Shown piece by piece: positions 44,543-47,099 of a DNA stretch of 47,099 bases. The notes below the pieces were generated by a model. That model ran no database searches and was not told where the DNA came from. It saw nothing but the letters and a program-made list of their open reading frames with translations. Within the stretch, counting starts at the first letter, position 1, and each line of letters opens with the position of its first letter. Position numbers and translations under genes: made by a program. The DNA comes from a bacterium (lineage in GTDB: Bacteria > Patescibacteriota > UBA1384 > XYA2-FULL-43-10 > JAKAMI01), in assembly GCA_021812945.1 (NCBI GenBank), contig JAKAMI010000004.1, forward strand, positions 1 through 47,099, written 5' to 3'.

Positions 44543-45583
44543 TTGAGAGAATATGCGCCGGAGAGCTTTGTGGCCCGGTACGACAAACGGGCCAGGGAGA
44601 AGAGGTCGGTCCTCTGTGTGGGGATTGACCCCACAGCGAAGCACATCCCGCCGAAGTTCGGGTTCGGGAGTGCATCGAATCTTGCCAACTGGTGGGCGTA
44701 TCTGAAGCTGGTGATTGAGCTGGCGGCGCAGTACGCTGCCCAGGTCAAACCCCAGTCGGCGTTCTACGAAGCGGTAATGCGCCTCGGTGGCATGGAGCTG
44801 TTGTACAAGGTGGTTTGCTACGCCCATGAGCTTGGGCTGCTGGCTACCATCGATGCCAAGCGTCAGGATATCGGCAACACTGACGAGCACTACGCTCTCT
44901 GGATCTTCGGTGACTGCGATGGTGACGGTGACAACTGGATGGTCACAGGACTCGATGGCTACAACGGTTTCGAGTTTGACGCCTGCACGCGCAACATCTA
45001 CCTCGGCCCGACCTTCTGGCCAAACGACAAGGAGCAGAACTGGTGGCCTTACATGCAGAAGGGCAAGATGCCCATCCTCATGTGTCGGACGAGCAACGGG
45101 GAGGCACCCTGGCTCCAGGACCTATCACTGAGCCGCAACCAGCCGGATGGTAGGATCGTCGACCCCAATTTCTCGCTGGTCTACCAGTGGGTGGCCGGCG
45201 AGATCCAGCGTCTCGATGCGGAAGCGGCAGAGAGGAGTGGCGGGGTTGCCTGCATCGGCGCGGTCGTAGGCGCGACCTACCCTCAGGAGGCGATGATCTG
45301 CCGCCAGCTTGCGCCGGACGTATTTTTCCTCATTCCAGGGTATGGCGCGCAGGGTGGCGGAGCGGCTGGTGCAGTCGCTGGCTTCCCCAACGATGGGCGC
45401 CTCCTCGGCACGGTCAACTCCAGCCGTGGTATCACCACTGCATGGGCGGACAAGAACGGCGACCCGAAGCCCGGCGATCCATTGATGCACGTCGAGGCGG
45501 CGATCGTCGATGCCAACAACGAGTTGAACGAGGCCCTCGAGGCAAAGCTCGGCCTGGACCCGTACGGCGCCCTCGCCGCGTAG
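44543..45583 (+). CDS. pyrF: Orotidine-5'-phosphate decarboxylase
   Basis: LCVGIDP, KPQSAFYE, DAKRQDIGNT, RTSN, GAVVGAT, LIPGYGAQGG, NSSRGI; probable TTG start after GGAGGT. Confidence 0.93.
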   Translation: MREYAPESFVARYDKRAREKRSVLCVGIDPTAKHIPPKFGFGSASNLANWWAYLKLVIELAAQYAAQVKPQSAFYEAVMRLGGMELLYKVVCYAHELGLLATIDAKRQDIGNTDEHYALWIFGDCDGDGDNWMVTGLDGYNGFEFDACTRNIYLGPTFWPNDKEQNWWPYMQKGKMPILMCRTSNGEAPWLQDLSLSRNQPDGRIVDPNFSLVYQWVAGEIQRLDAEAAERSGGVACIGAVVGATYPQEAMICRQLAPDVFFLIPGYGAQGGGAAGAVAGFPNDGRLLGTVNSSRGITTAWADKNGDPKPGDPLMHVEAAIVDANNELNEALEAKLGLDPYGALAA

Positions 45584-45643
45584 GTGCGGCGGCACGACGG
45601 AGTCGTTCCAACCCACTCCCAAAACGGGAGGAGGTGAAACAGA

Positions 45644-46381
45644 ATGGGAATCGTCGAAGTGATGTCGCTCCCTAACCTACGCGGATCGCTTAGGCAGATG
45701 TTCGAGGATCGCTTGCCTCGGATCCTCGATCGGCCCGAGATGATGCGGATGCTAGAGCTGTGCAGTGCTCTCTGGGCGTACGACCCCGAGTTTGAGCCGA
45801 GGATGCCCCACCCGATTCTGCGAAGCGGTGCCCACAGTGACTTCTTCGTGAACTGCATGGATGCCCTGAAAGAAAGCACGGTGCTCAACGCGCTGGCCCA
45901 TCAGATTGTAATCCGATGCAGCGACATGGTGTGTCAGATGACTGAGGACGACTGGGTTATCGGTGCCGAACGCGCAGGTGCGCCGATCAGTCAGGAGGTC
46001 GCTCGGTTGGTGGGATGTCGCCATGCCACAGTCGAGAAGGACAGTGATGGCAACCCGACGGTCTTCAACCGGTTCGACATCACGGCTAGGGAGAAGGTGC
46101 TTCTGGTCAACGATCTGCTCAGTCACCCAGACGGTAGCACCTATATGTCTAAGGTGGCTGTGCAGCAGGCGTGTCCAGAGGCAGAGATCCTTCCCGCCGC
46201 GATGCATGTCGTTAATCGGTCGAACGCCGAGAGGCTGATCGACGACACACCGGTGCGGGCGCTCTTGCCGTTATCTCCCCGTGAGTATCCGGCAGACAAC
46301 TGCCCCCTGTGTCAGGAGGGCTCAGAGGCGCTGAAGTTCAAGGCGAACAAAGCGCTGTTCTACGCCTATCTGAGAAGCTAA
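45644..46381 (+). CDS. pyrE: Orotate phosphoribosyltransferase-like protein
   Basis: LRSGAHSDFFVN, VLLVNDLL..GS PRPP loop, C-terminal CPLC..GS; follows pyrF; GGAGG RBS. Confidence 0.75.
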   Translation: MGIVEVMSLPNLRGSLRQMFEDRLPRILDRPEMMRMLELCSALWAYDPEFEPRMPHPILRSGAHSDFFVNCMDALKESTVLNALAHQIVIRCSDMVCQMTEDDWVIGAERAGAPISQEVARLVGCRHATVEKDSDGNPTVFNRFDITAREKVLLVNDLLSHPDGSTYMSKVAVQQACPEAEILPAAMHVVNRSNAERLIDDTPVRALLPLSPREYPADNCPLCQEGSEALKFKANKALFYAYLRS

Positions 46382-46500
46382 GCCAAGACCGAGCGGGGAA
46401 CTCGGTTGCGATAAGTGAGAACTGGAATGTGAGTGAACTGGGAAGGCCGGCCGCCGCAATGCCGGCCTTCAGTGGTTTAAAAGCAAGATCAAATGTAAAT

Positions 46501-46657
46501 AGATTCCCGCCTACGCGGGAATGACACAAGGAGAGGCGGAAATATCTGGATCCTGAAACAAGTTCAGGATGACAATATAATTATTCGCTTCGCTAGATCC
46601 TTCCCACTTCGCTAATGCTTCGCGGGACAAGTCACTCGCTGACTCGTTCAGGATGAC
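46501..46657. repeat. Cluster of REP/RPE-like half elements
   Basis: AGATTCCCGCCTACGCGGGAATGACA; GGATCCTGAAACAAGTTCAGGATGACA; ..GTTCAGGATGAC. Confidence 0.78.
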
Positions 46658-46847
46658 CAAAAGGGGTACTTTTGTGACGGGGAGAGCGCACCGTCGGGTT
46701 GCAATTTTTGGGGAGTTGAGATAAGTTGGTAATGTGGCAAAGCCACAAACCAATGGTCAATGGCCAAGGGTCGGTTTTCAATTAAGATTCAATATTCAAT
46801 ACTCAAGATAATTATAAATTGATAGTTGAAAATTAATTGGTCATTGA

Positions 46848-47099
<252 letters not shown>

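Overview
A 47-kb bacterial chromosomal segment in genetic code 11, most consistent with a Patescibacteria/CPR genome (inferred from the short AlaS, the FtsA-like/baseplate-J-like/ruvX/mltG block and CPR-type palindromic repeats). Housekeeping content: dnaG-rpoD, alaS, ruvX, mltG, partial mreB, pyrB, pyrF-pyrE and tRNA-Ser(GGA). Accessory content: hicBA, an OmpR/HK two-component system with a MacB-type ABC operon, a heterodimeric ABC exporter with MarR, redox proteins and secreted Ig-like or DUF5666-like proteins. Main non-obvious observations: (1) tRNA-Asn(GTT) is split by a 229-nt group I intron at anticodon position 35/36; the intron carries a palindromic repeat, and an interrupted duplicate of the tRNA 5' end lies just upstream. 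(2) A four-helix-bundle gene is bracketed by inverted tandem 8-mer arrays, with several 'empty' versions of that architecture and in-frame copies inside proteins. (3) REP/RPE-like palindromes are translated inside AlaS, the histidine kinase and a 685-aa membrane protein. (4) Two promoter-plus-terminator-bounded candidate ncRNAs occur at about 4200-4430 and 27285-27336, the second convergent with a basic orphan ORF. (5) Nested direct repeats of a translation start flank hicBA. (6) Several small ORFs are missing from the supplied track. All calls come from reading motifs by eye; no database searches were run.
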